Shown in pieces: positions 26,766-36,366 of a stretch of DNA of 52,199 nucleotides; position 1 is the stretch's first letter; each line of letters opens with the position of its first letter. The position numbers and the translations under genes are program-made. The notes under the pieces were generated by a model. It did no database searches. It saw nothing but the letters and a program-made list of their open reading frames with translations, and had not been told where the DNA came from. The stretch spans positions 1 to 52,199 of the forward strand of contig JAZRDC010000104.1 in assembly GCA_045660065.1 (NCBI GenBank). The letters are read 5' to 3'. Source of the DNA: Clostridia bacterium. Its GTDB lineage: Bacteria; Bacillota; Clostridia; RGIG6154.

Positions 26766-28964
26766 ATGAGTTTTAACAAAAAATTCTTCTCAGTATTTTT
26801 TAAATTTCTTTTGATTTTCGGAATAATAGGAATTATTGCCACAAGTGCTATAATTTATTTTCTTGCAGTTAAAGACTCAGGATATGAATTCAGCGCATCA
26901 GGGCTTAATTTTTCCAGCGTAATTTATTATACTGACGACGAGGGAAATAAAGTAGAATACGATCAGATACACGGCGAACAAAATCGTTTGTGGGAAGAGA
27001 TTGACGATATGCCCGAGTATCTGCCGCAGGCTTTTGTTGCGATAGAAGACGAAAGATTTTATGATCATTTCGGCTTTGATATTCCAAGAACAATAAAAGC
27101 GACTTTTAACTATGTTTTCAAAAGAGATTCTTCTTTTGGTGGAAGTACTATCAATCAGCAGCTTGTTAAAAATATCACAGGCTATGATGATACAACTGCA
27201 AAAAGAAAGATTATAGAAATCATAAGAGCCATTGATATTGACAGAAAAATGTCAAAAACACAGATTTTGGAATTGTATCTCAACACAATTTATCTAAGTC
27301 AGGGTTGCAACGGTGTAAAAACTGCTGCAAACAAGTATTTCGGGAAAAGTGTAGATGAACTTACATTGGCAGAATGTGCGTCATTGGCGGGAATAACTCA
27401 GTATCCTACACGATATGACCCGATTTTAAATCCTGAAGCAAACAAGCAAAAGCAGGAACTTGTTTTAGGGAAAATGCTTGAACTTGAAATGATTACTCAG
27501 GAAGAATATGATGAAGCGGTTGCAGAAAAACTTGATATTCAGAATAACGAAGATTCGACAATCGAAAGCAGTCAGTCATATTATACAGACCATATAATTG
27601 ACGAGGTTGTTTCAATTCTTCAAAAAGAACTTGCCATAAATAAAACAATGGCAACACAGATGGTATACAGAGGCGGATTGCAGATTTATTCAACAGTTGA
27701 CCCGAAAATTCAGGATACTATTGACGATGTGTATTCAAATCCGTCAAAAACAATAAAATTTAACGAAGAAAAGCCTATCCAGTCTGCAATTGTGGTTATG
27801 GACCCGTATACAGGGCAGATTAAAGGTATCGGCGGCGGACTTGGCAAAAAAACATCAGACAGAGGTTTGAACAGAGCTACAATGACACTTCGTCAGCCGG
27901 GAAGTTCTATTAAACCATTGAGTGTATATGCACCGGGATTTGAGTATAAAAAGTTTACCCCATACACAGTTTTTGCAGATACACCATACACAATCGGAAG
28001 CCACACAATCAAGAATTATTACAGCGGCTTCAGAGGCGCGATGACTGTTAAGTACGCAGTTGAACAATCAGTTAACACTGTTGCTGCAAAAGCACTTGAC
28101 AGTATAGGAATTGACAAGTCATATAATTTCTTAAGCGAAAAATTAAAAATCAGCACATTGGACCCACAAAGGGATAAAGCCCATTCACCTTTGGCACTTG
28201 GCGGACTTACCAACGGCGTTTCTGTTCTTGAACTTACAGCGGCATATTCGTCTTTTGTAAATAAAGGAATTTACACAAAGCCATATGCAGTTGAAGTGAT
28301 TAAAGATAACGACGGAAAAGTTATTTACGAAAACAGAAAACAAAGCAGTATCGCTATGTCAGAAAGCACAGCGGCGACTATGCTTGATGTTCTGCAAAGT
28401 GTTGTAAATGTGGGAACAGGTACACCTGCCCGTCTTCCTAATATGCCTGTTGGCGGTAAAACAGGAACAACGGATGATGATGTTGACAGATGGTTTGTTG
28501 GTATCACTCCATATTACACCGCATCTGTATGGGTAGGATATGATGTTCAGCAGACCATAACGGGATATTCAGTAAATCCTGCAGCAGCACTTTGGAAAGC
28601 GGTAATGTCTGAAGCACACAAAGGTCTTGAATATAAAGCATTTAATTCAAAAGTCTCAGCAAAAGCAAACCGTGATGTTTGCTTAGACAGCGGAAAAATC
28701 GCAAGCGACTTGTGTTATCAGGATTACAGAGGAAACCGTGTCGTAGATGACCAGGAAGCGTCAGGCAGTGAAGTATGCTCACTTCATAAATATGTTCAGG
28801 TTGATAAAACCACAGGTAAAATAGCAGGAACAGAATGTATGCTTAATGATATCGAGGTGAGAATTCAGCCTGTGCACGGTAATGAAGAAACCTGCACACA
28901 CTCATCAGGTGGCGCACAAAGCGATGTAGATATTATATCAGGCGATGACCAACCATCAGAATAA
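26766..28964 (+). CDS. Class A penicillin-binding protein (PBP1A family)
   Basis: Transglycosylase motifs EDERFY, GGSTINQQL, LYLN; transpeptidase motifs SSIK, SVN, KTG. Confidence 0.95.
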   Translation: MSFNKKFFSVFFKFLLIFGIIGIIATSAIIYFLAVKDSGYEFSASGLNFSSVIYYTDDEGNKVEYDQIHGEQNRLWEEIDDMPEYLPQAFVAIEDERFYDHFGFDIPRTIKATFNYVFKRDSSFGGSTINQQLVKNITGYDDTTAKRKIIEIIRAIDIDRKMSKTQILELYLNTIYLSQGCNGVKTAANKYFGKSVDELTLAECASLAGITQYPTRYDPILNPEANKQKQELVLGKMLELEMITQEEYDEAVAEKLDIQNNEDSTIESSQSYYTDHIIDEVVSILQKELAINKTMATQMVYRGGLQIYSTVDPKIQDTIDDVYSNPSKTIKFNEEKPIQSAIVVMDPYTGQIKGIGGGLGKKTSDRGLNRATMTLRQPGSSIKPLSVYAPGFEYKKFTPYTVFADTPYTIGSHTIKNYYSGFRGAMTVKYAVEQSVNTVAAKALDSIGIDKSYNFLSEKLKISTLDPQRDKAHSPLALGGLTNGVSVLELTAAYSSFVNKGIYTKPYAVEVIKDNDGKVIYENRKQSSIAMSESTAATMLDVLQSVVNVGTGTPARLPNMPVGGKTGTTDDDVDRWFVGITPYYTASVWVGYDVQQTITGYSVNPAAALWKAVMSEAHKGLEYKAFNSKVSAKANRDVCLDSGKIASDLCYQDYRGNRVVDDQEASGSEVCSLHKYVQVDKTTGKIAGTECMLNDIEVRIQPVHGNEETCTHSSGGAQSDVDIISGDDQPSE

Positions 28965-28965
28965 A

Positions 28966-29007
28966 AAATTTAAGTCCTCAGTTTTCAAACTGAGGACTTA
29001 AATTTTT
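28966..29007. terminator. Bidirectional terminator
   Basis: AAATTTAAGTCCTCAGTTT / AAACTGAGGACTTAAATTT. Confidence 0.85.
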
Positions 29008-29849
29008 TAGCAACAGTTATTGCAGCCATTTGATGCTCCATCACCGAAATCGTGCTTTTGCGGCGGGTAGAATTCATCAACAGGGAATTTAATTTTGTCA
29101 AACAAGTCGCAAGGGTCGCCCTGAGTGCTTGAAACTGATTCATTTTCAGGGATGCAGAAATCGTAAACAGGGATTAAAAGTTGAACGCTTCTTTCGAGTT
29201 TGATAATTGTAAACAAGCCTAATGTAACATAAACCCGTCTTTCTGCTCTCGGATCTGCAAAAACATTTTCAAAGCAACCGCAAACTCCCTCAGGAGTACT
29301 TGCAATATCATAGCAATCATCCTGAATATTTCTCTGACAGCAACGGTCAACAAATTTTGCTGAAAGTGTAATCGGATCTACTGCCTCTACAACTGCCTGT
29401 GGAAGATTTGTTTTGCCCGCAAGTTGCTTGTCGCAACCGTCTGAAACAAAACTCGAGCGGAAAACCTTTGATTTTCCTTCAGAGCCGAAGAGAACAACCT
29501 TTTTGTCATAGACTGCAAGACCTTCAACCCGTTTCGGTCTGCCATTTTCACTGCAAACATCTAAAGTAACCCTGAAGAAAAATCTTATATCAATTGAATA
29601 ATAGCCTGAATGAAATGGTACAGGCTCAACATCGCTGTTTACCCATATAAGTTCTGCAGTAGTTGCCTTAATGCTGACCGCACGGTCAACAATTTCCTGA
29701 TCCGAAACTGTTAAGTAAACTCTTAAGTCCTCAAGACATTCTTTATCTCTGCAGGAATCATAAACTTTATCTGTATGAATACAAACTGCCTCTTTTATGC
29801 AGTTACCCGTATTTCCACTTACAGGACCGGGTGAAATTCCTTTGTTCAT
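29007..29849 (-). CDS. Cysteine-rich hypothetical protein, putative spore coat/exosporium protein
   Basis: CIHTDKVYDSCRDKEC N-terminal motif, many Cys, ends CNNCC, SigK-like promoter upstream. Confidence 0.6.
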   Translation of the reverse strand: MNKGISPGPVSGNTGNCIKEAVCIHTDKVYDSCRDKECLEDLRVYLTVSDQEIVDRAVSIKATTAELIWVNSDVEPVPFHSGYYSIDIRFFFRVTLDVCSENGRPKRVEGLAVYDKKVVLFGSEGKSKVFRSSFVSDGCDKQLAGKTNLPQAVVEAVDPITLSAKFVDRCCQRNIQDDCYDIASTPEGVCGCFENVFADPRAERRVYVTLGLFTIIKLERSVQLLIPVYDFCIPENESVSSTQGDPCDLFDKIKFPVDEFYPPQKHDFGDGASNGCNNCC

Positions 29850-29888
29850 AATTATACCTCCTGATATTTTTTAGGTATTCCCCAATAC

Positions 29889-29914
29889 ATAATATGTGTA
29901 AAAATATCAATTGT
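29889..29914 (-). promoter_or_regulatory. SigK-like promoter
   Basis: Minus strand AC, 16 bp spacer, CATATTAT. Confidence 0.45.
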
Positions 29915-29922
29915 TCCTGTTT

Positions 29923-29951
29923 TCATAATTAAACTCCAAAAGTCATATATT
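29923..29951 (+). promoter_or_regulatory. SigE-like (mother-cell) promoter
   Basis: TCATAAT, 14 bp spacer, CATATATT matches the B. subtilis SigE consensus geometry. Confidence 0.6.
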
Positions 29952-29984
29952 TAAAAAAGACTTTTGCCGAAGGGGAGAATAAAT

Positions 29985-31139
29985 ATGAAAAAGGCGGTTT
30001 TTGTTTCAGACGGGGTGTTGCAGTTTTATTATAATAACGGAATTTGTTGTAGGACGCCTTATGGAGCAGAAGAAATTATATTTAAAGATGGGCTTGAAGA
30101 TTTTGATGTAACTGCCGATAAAGACGAAAATATTTACATTCTTTGTCAGGACAGCAGAAATTATTTTTATCTGTATTGGCACGATGGAGTAAAATGGCAG
30201 AATAAATGTATGCTTGAGTCAAATGTAACAGAGGTTTATGACAAAAACTTTTCTCTTATAAATGTAAACGGATGGCTTAATGCTTTTTACACAGTAAAAC
30301 ATCAAGATAATACCCTGATAGTTCATCATATAATATATTCAGAGTCCGAACCTGAAATAATTGAAAGAAATGATAACTTCAAGTGCTATTTTCCTGTTTC
30401 TGATTTAAATGGAAATATTTACTGCTTTTTTGTTCGTGGCAGAGAACTTGGATACAAAAAATACAGTTGGAAGGACAAAAAGTGGTCAGGTTACAAAGGA
30501 GTGTTTCGGTTTAACGAAGATATTTATAATATCTGTGCATCATTTGACAAAAATAACAATTATCATATAACTTGTTGCGTGGGCGAGGATGAAAAATATA
30601 AAGTAGTTTATATAAGCGAAAATTCAGAATGTGAGATAATAAATGGAGGATTTTCCGTAATTAACCCCGTTGTTGTAACAGATAATAAAATTCATATTTT
30701 ATTTGATTTTGCAGGCAGAGTTTTGCAGGCAGTAAGTGATGATTTCGGAAAAAGTTTTTTAAATGCAAAATACTTTTTCCCGGGAAGTTTTAATAAGCAG
30801 GGGATTGTGAAAATTATTTCGGCGTCTGAATATAACGGGGAAATTAATGTAACATATACATACGGCTACGAAACAGATTATGGGAAATTAGTGCCGTCTT
30901 TTGCAGAAAACATTAAAAATATCGAAAAAGTCAGCGAGATTACAGAGGTTAAACCTGAAATTGAAAGACCTTTTGAAGAAAGCAGACCAGGTGAACCACC
31001 TAAAGAGTATAAAAAAGAAAATGACACCGATATGTTATACAAAATGATAAAGGTGCTTACAGAAAGAATTGATGCCTTGGAAAAATGCCTTAACGATAAC
31101 AGACAGATTAATATTATGCAGAAAAAAAACGAGGCGTAA
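29985..31139 (+). CDS. Hypothetical protein, probable beta-propeller with C-terminal coiled coil
   Basis: Repeated beta-rich units, Asp-box-like SDDFGKSF, and tail IKVLTERIDALEK. ATG 29985 after AGGGGAG. Confidence 0.6.
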   Translation: MKKAVFVSDGVLQFYYNNGICCRTPYGAEEIIFKDGLEDFDVTADKDENIYILCQDSRNYFYLYWHDGVKWQNKCMLESNVTEVYDKNFSLINVNGWLNAFYTVKHQDNTLIVHHIIYSESEPEIIERNDNFKCYFPVSDLNGNIYCFFVRGRELGYKKYSWKDKKWSGYKGVFRFNEDIYNICASFDKNNNYHITCCVGEDEKYKVVYISENSECEIINGGFSVINPVVVTDNKIHILFDFAGRVLQAVSDDFGKSFLNAKYFFPGSFNKQGIVKIISASEYNGEINVTYTYGYETDYGKLVPSFAENIKNIEKVSEITEVKPEIERPFEESRPGEPPKEYKKENDTDMLYKMIKVLTERIDALEKCLNDNRQINIMQKKNEA

Positions 31140-31150
31140 GCCTCGTTTTT
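31125..31150. terminator. Bidirectional terminator
   Basis: AAAAACGAGGC-gtaa-GCCTCGTTTTT. Confidence 0.8.
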
Positions 31151-32730
31151 CATTTTGTATAACTTGTGTGATATGTATCTTTATGATCTTTATGACAAAC
31201 GATTATCGGAATATCACTTATAAATCTTACTGCAAAATCTGTATTTTCAGGAATTGTTGTTTTACTTAAGGAGTTTGGATTGTGATATAACCAGTCGCCG
31301 TCAACCTTTTCTTTATCTGTAATGCAGATGTTGTTTAAAGAACCTGGGATAGTCGCTTTAATGCGTTCTATATCACTTGAACCATTAAAATAGATGTTAA
31401 TTTCAACATTTGCATTCTGGTTGATTGCATTTAAAAATGTAAATGTAAAATCATCTTGGTTACTTGTGTTAAGTCCTGTAAAAAACCATGTATGTGCACC
31501 GTTATCCATAACTCCGTGCGCGTACTTATCCTGATATTCTTTTTTAGCAGATTTTGGAGCGGTGTAGGGAAGTGTTATGGTTTTTCCGCTGTCGCCTGTG
31601 ATTAATTCATCAATATCCAATTTAGTGATAATGTGATTTGTGCTTTTCCTGAATGCACTGATTCTGTGGTAGCAATTATAATCAGAAACAGGCAGGAAAC
31701 AAACAGACGGCTTAATTTCATTATAGCAGTCAATTTCTGCATCAAGACCAAGACAACCAAATCCGTGATGAGAAATCTGCAAGATGTCTGATTTTAAATA
31801 CGCACCGAATTTTTCATAAAGTCTTGAATAATGGCAGGAAACATCGCCCATCCAGAGTATTGTCTGCCCTTCAATTTCCATTCTGATTGCAAGGCAGGGT
31901 TCGTTTTTGTTTTTCCAGTAAGTGTAATGAACGACATCACCGATGCAATTAAGAATCTCGCAGGAAGCATTGCCGATTTCATAAACCTGACCTGTATGAG
32001 GTGTGTGAATTTCAGCACCGGTCTTTTTAATCAGTTCATACATTTTAGGAATGTTTTCAAAATCACTGCCATCAATTCCGCTTTTTTCAAGGTCGTGATA
32101 AAGTTTGAAATCGTCGTGCTCAGGGAAGTTGAACATCATTTTTTGTATTACAACATCATTGCCATATTTTTCACAGAATCCCATAAAGCAATGATAGTGG
32201 TCGCAGTCGGGGTGAGTCAAAATCCAGGCGGCAATCACAGGCTTTTCATCAAAAGAGGTAGATTTTAATTTATTAAAAAGACTGTCAACATCAGGCTCAA
32301 AATTTCTGCCACCGTCAATAACTATAAATCTGCCGTCTGAAAGCCTTATAACATAACTCATTCCATAGTCTTCAAGTTTTATCTGAGTAACCTGTGTAGA
32401 GGCTTTTTTGTTTTGCAGAATATCGCTATATGTAAAGTATTTGCTTTCATTTTCAACTGTGATATTCAGTTCTTTGATACCAGCATATAAAATCACAAAA
32501 ACGGCTGTTTTATCACCTTCAAATGCGGCAAAATAAAACTTGCCGTGTGCTCGGTATTCTCTTTTTGTAAATCCGATTTCTTCAAAGAATTTGCAGTAAC
32601 TGTCAAAACTGTCAATGCCGGCATCCTGAATAGCAAAAACTCTGTTGTTTTTGTTTGTGTAAATATCTGTAAAATCTGTTTCACCAAAATGTGGAATAAA
32701 ATTTCCTGCATTGTTAATTTCAAAACTCAT
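31150..32730 (-). CDS. Metallo-beta-lactamase-fold hydrolase (ComEC/Rec2-like) with extra N- and C-terminal domains
   Basis: GMSYVIRL-x-DGRFIVIDGG, THPDCDH, MGD, DILQISHHG. Own promoter TTGACT-17-TATAAT at 32765-32793. Confidence 0.8.
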   Translation of the reverse strand: MSFEINNAGNFIPHFGETDFTDIYTNKNNRVFAIQDAGIDSFDSYCKFFEEIGFTKREYRAHGKFYFAAFEGDKTAVFVILYAGIKELNITVENESKYFTYSDILQNKKASTQVTQIKLEDYGMSYVIRLSDGRFIVIDGGRNFEPDVDSLFNKLKSTSFDEKPVIAAWILTHPDCDHYHCFMGFCEKYGNDVVIQKMMFNFPEHDDFKLYHDLEKSGIDGSDFENIPKMYELIKKTGAEIHTPHTGQVYEIGNASCEILNCIGDVVHYTYWKNKNEPCLAIRMEIEGQTILWMGDVSCHYSRLYEKFGAYLKSDILQISHHGFGCLGLDAEIDCYNEIKPSVCFLPVSDYNCYHRISAFRKSTNHIITKLDIDELITGDSGKTITLPYTAPKSAKKEYQDKYAHGVMDNGAHTWFFTGLNTSNQDDFTFTFLNAINQNANVEINIYFNGSSDIERIKATIPGSLNNICITDKEKVDGDWLYHNPNSLSKTTIPENTDFAVRFISDIPIIVCHKDHKDTYHTSYTK

Positions 32731-32796
32731 TTTGATTGCCTCCAAATGTTTATTTTATAGTCATATTATACAAATTGAAAATGAAAAAGTCAATAA

Positions 32797-32832
32797 AAAA
32801 GAATGTTGAATTAAAAATTTCAACATTCTTTT
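32797..32832 (-). terminator. Terminator downstream of the 259-aa hypothetical gene
   Basis: AAAAGAATGTTGAA / TTCAACATTCTTTT inverted repeat. Confidence 0.7.
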
Positions 32833-32841
32833 ATAAATAAC

Positions 32842-33621
32842 TTAAATTTCTTCGTCGCCGTGGGCATCCATCCACTCAATAGCTGCGTCATAAGCTTCGT
32901 AGTCAAGGTCTGCCATAGTATTTGTGTGAAGAACAATACCTTCGATTTCGCCGGCAAGAAGTTTTTCTTTCCAGAAATCAAGTTGCCATTTAACTTTTTC
33001 GCCTGTTGCCTGCTTGTTTTCACCGAAGTTGTAAAGATAAACACCTACCATACGGCGTTTGTTTTCTGTCATTTTTTTGAAGAGTTCAAATTTCTCAGGA
33101 ATAAGTGGAACATCACATTCTTTCCAAGTCCACATAATTACACCGTCCATAAGGTCAATGTATTTCTGGAAATCTGCATCTTCTTTTTCGTCTGTACCGA
33201 AAAGCCATGTGTAAAGAATCATCCAGGCATCAAGTCTTCTTGGCTGATTGTTGTGAAGTTTGTCAATGAAGTTTTCAAGATCTTCTATCGGTTTTTGATT
33301 GTGGAAGCCTTCGTTTTTAAAATCGTCCAGCGCTACACAAGTGATATTTGGAAATTCCTTTGTGTAGTCCATAATTTCTTCCAGTTGTTCAATATCTCTG
33401 GGATATCTGTAACCCCAGCCAACTTCGTTTAATGTTCTGAATGATTTGTTGTACTGTCTTGCGTTAACTTCTGTCTGAACGGGAACCATAAAAATATTTC
33501 TCACACCAAGGTACATACAACCTTCCATAGGTGTCATTCTTGATACATTGTTGTTTCCATATTCAGCATTGTATCTTCCCTCCGGATGTCCCCAAAGCCA
33601 GAACTTGTCTCTTAATACCAT
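32842..33621 (-). CDS. Hypothetical protein, possibly a small glycoside-hydrolase-like TIM barrel
   Basis: Clear ORF with AGGAGG RBS. Acidic, aromatic-rich, with FWLWGH, SRMTP and VALDDF motifs. The fold is inferred. Confidence 0.6.
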   Translation of the reverse strand: MVLRDKFWLWGHPEGRYNAEYGNNNVSRMTPMEGCMYLGVRNIFMVPVQTEVNARQYNKSFRTLNEVGWGYRYPRDIEQLEEIMDYTKEFPNITCVALDDFKNEGFHNQKPIEDLENFIDKLHNNQPRRLDAWMILYTWLFGTDEKEDADFQKYIDLMDGVIMWTWKECDVPLIPEKFELFKKMTENKRRMVGVYLYNFGENKQATGEKVKWQLDFWKEKLLAGEIEGIVLHTNTMADLDYEAYDAAIEWMDAHGDEEI

Positions 33622-33734
33622 TTTATATCCTCCTTGACTTTTTGTGTAAATATATATACAATATAATTAAATACTATCACAAAATGTGATTAAATCAATG
33701 TAAATTTGAACAATAAAAATGGAGAATCAGGTAA

Positions 33735-34535
33735 ATGGTTATAAACAATACTGCCCTTTGTGAAAGGGCGAACGGCGTAAAACTTAACTTTTACAGTTTC
33801 GGATATGCCACAGTAAATTCAAGTTGGAAGGGCTATGTGAAAAATCCACAGTTTTCAAGACTTTATTACATAGAAAGCGGAAAAGCATATATCGAATACG
33901 AAAAAGAAAAAATTGAACTTATGCCTGGAAACTGGTATTTGTTACCCGCAGGGCTTTCTTTTAATTATTTATGCAAGGTAGAAATGAAACATATATTTTT
34001 CCATATTACTTTAGCAGGAGTTGACGGCATTGATCTTCTTGGCAGATGTGAAAAACCTGTTTGCGAAAAAACTGATATAAGTCCTGTCGAGTTTTATAAA
34101 AAGCATTTAAAAAGTAAAAGTATTGCAAGTTCAATCGCTATTAAAGAGCAAGTTTACGGCATTATTTTAAGTCTTCTTGAAAAAAACAATATAACTCCTG
34201 AAGTTATTGAATTTTCCCAATGCGTGCAAAGTGCAATAGAGTTTATAAATAATAACTTAAATAAAAAGATAGAATTGTCAGATGTATCAGGACATTCCTT
34301 TGTTTCAAGAAGTACACTTACGGGAAAGTTCAAAAAAGAACTTGGAATTACCGTGCAGGACTATATACAAAGACAAAAAATGTTTTTAGCAGAGCAGATG
34401 CTTAAAAATACCAATATGACGGTTGCACAAATCAGTGAGCGTTTAGGCTATTCGGAGCAATTTTATTTTTCAAGATGCTTTAAGCAAAGTTTTGGTATAT
34501 CTCCAAGAGAATATAAAAAATCAAAAATAAACTAA
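33735..34535 (+). CDS. AraC-family regulator
   Basis: FSRLYYI sensor region and LGYSEQFYFSRCFKQSFGISP. Confidence 0.9.
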   Translation: MVINNTALCERANGVKLNFYSFGYATVNSSWKGYVKNPQFSRLYYIESGKAYIEYEKEKIELMPGNWYLLPAGLSFNYLCKVEMKHIFFHITLAGVDGIDLLGRCEKPVCEKTDISPVEFYKKHLKSKSIASSIAIKEQVYGIILSLLEKNNITPEVIEFSQCVQSAIEFINNNLNKKIELSDVSGHSFVSRSTLTGKFKKELGITVQDYIQRQKMFLAEQMLKNTNMTVAQISERLGYSEQFYFSRCFKQSFGISPREYKKSKIN

Positions 34536-34549
34536 ACAATAAACAACCA

Positions 34550-35353
34550 TCAATTTGATGGTTGTTTATACATTTTTATATATTCTGTAGGTGTTTTATT
34601 AACAGTTTTTTTGAAAATTTTCGAGAAATAAAATTGATCTGTGTAACCGCATTTGCCGGCAAGGTCTGAAATATTTTGTTCGCCATTTTCAATAAGATTA
34701 ATTGCATAGTTTATTCGGAGGTTATTTATGTAATAGGTAAATTTAACCCCGGTTTTTTTAGTAAACAATGCTGAAAGATATTTTTCATTGTAAAAAAATA
34801 TATCGGCAATTTTTTTAAGAGAAATATCTTTTAAAGTATAGTTGTGAGAAATGTAGTCTAAAATAGCATCAAATTTATCTTTGGTGTGCGTGTCGGTGCG
34901 TTGGGTGTTAATAAAAGATAAAGTATACATTAATGTACTTTCTGTAAGAGTGCTTGCGTTAACAGCAGTAATCCTTCTTATAGCTGACATCCAGAATTCT
35001 AGAAGATGGTCATAGTTTTCAAAGACCGAATTTTGTGGGTTAATGTTAAAATTATCCAAAAGAGGAAGTGCACCTTTACCGTTAAAGCTTATGTAAAGAT
35101 ATGAAAAATCTTTCGAAGCTTCAATATAATGAATTTGTTCAGGAAATGTGAAAAATAAAGTACCTTTTTTAATGTGAGATTCAGAGCGGTCAGTTTTTAA
35201 AACAGCACTGCCACGGAATACAAGACACATATAAAAGTTAGACCGCACAAAAGGTTGAGAAAATTTTCTTAAGTTAGTCTCATATACAAAATGGTAATAA
35301 TTTATACTGCTTTCATAAATTTTTGAAGGTATAAAATTGCATATATCATTCAT
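34550..35353 (-). CDS. AraC-family regulator
   Basis: CGYTDQFYFSKIFKKTVNKTP. ATG 35353 after GAGGTG. Confidence 0.9.
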   Translation of the reverse strand: MNDICNFIPSKIYESSINYYHFVYETNLRKFSQPFVRSNFYMCLVFRGSAVLKTDRSESHIKKGTLFFTFPEQIHYIEASKDFSYLYISFNGKGALPLLDNFNINPQNSVFENYDHLLEFWMSAIRRITAVNASTLTESTLMYTLSFINTQRTDTHTKDKFDAILDYISHNYTLKDISLKKIADIFFYNEKYLSALFTKKTGVKFTYYINNLRINYAINLIENGEQNISDLAGKCGYTDQFYFSKIFKKTVNKTPTEYIKMYKQPSN

Positions 35354-35492
35354 TGGTAACACCTCTTTGTTATAAATATAACATTATGTTTGTAAAAAAT
35401 CAATATATTAGGGGTTTTTTACATATAAAAATGGTTTTTTTCCATTTACTTTTAATTTTAATGTGCTATAATCTAATCAGGAGATGATGTTT

Positions 35493-36356
35493 ATGGGTAT
35501 GTTTTTAATTGTAGCCAGTTTGCTTGTGCATCAGGCTGAAGGTATTGTTGTAAAGCAATATGGTAAAAAGTATGGCAAAGGCGGAATGTTTTTTAATGCT
35601 ATTATCTGCTTGTTTGCACTTGTATATTTCTTCGTTGCTGAATTTTTCAGTGGGGAATATATGTTTTACTTTCCAAAAGAAATCTGGGGTTATGGCATTA
35701 TAAGCGGACTTTGTTATGCAACAGGATTTTACGCTATGTACCTTGCACTGAAAACAGGGTCATTTGGTCTTACCAAACTTTTATCATCTTTCGGAAGTAT
35801 AGTTCCTATTGTGTACGGAATTGTTTTCTTAAATGAACAACCTGCTAAATTTACATATGTATCAGTAGTACTCATTTTACTTTCGGTATTTATTATGAAT
35901 CATAAAACCGGCGAAAAAGCAAATATTTCCGTGAAGTGGCTTTTGTGTGTAATAGCAAATGTGATTGCTAACGCAGGTATTATGATTATTGCAAAATCTC
36001 AGCAACTTGTATTTGGAACCAAGTGCAGTAACGAGTTTTTAATGATATCTTATGCTTTAGCAGTTACCTTTTTAGTTGTTTTCGGAATTATTTACGAGCG
36101 AAATCAGTTTAAAGCCACAATTAAAGGCGGAAGTCTTTATGGACTACTCGCAGGTGTATTTAATGGAATGAACAATGTGCTTATACTTCTTACTTATTTG
36201 TACGTTCCTCTTACTATAATAACTCCTGTAAAAGGGGCGCTGGGATTAGTAATCAGTTTCGTGTTATCGGTGCTTTTGTATAAAGAAAAATTTACAAAAA
36301 AACAACTTATCAGCGTAGTAATTGGTATTGTTGCAGCAGTGCTTATTAAATTATAA
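35493..36356 (+). CDS. EamA/DMT-family transporter
   Basis: About 10 TM segments in two repeats (FLNE...; LLYKEKFTKKQ). Confidence 0.85.
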   Translation: MGMFLIVASLLVHQAEGIVVKQYGKKYGKGGMFFNAIICLFALVYFFVAEFFSGEYMFYFPKEIWGYGIISGLCYATGFYAMYLALKTGSFGLTKLLSSFGSIVPIVYGIVFLNEQPAKFTYVSVVLILLSVFIMNHKTGEKANISVKWLLCVIANVIANAGIMIIAKSQQLVFGTKCSNEFLMISYALAVTFLVVFGIIYERNQFKATIKGGSLYGLLAGVFNGMNNVLILLTYLYVPLTIITPVKGALGLVISFVLSVLLYKEKFTKKQLISVVIGIVAAVLIKL

Positions 36357-36366
36357 GGAGAAAGTT

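Noticed and set aside
31150-32730. MBL-fold protein as a beta-lactamase or as competence protein ComEC
   Set aside because: No signal peptide and no ComEC membrane domain; only the fold motifs are shared.
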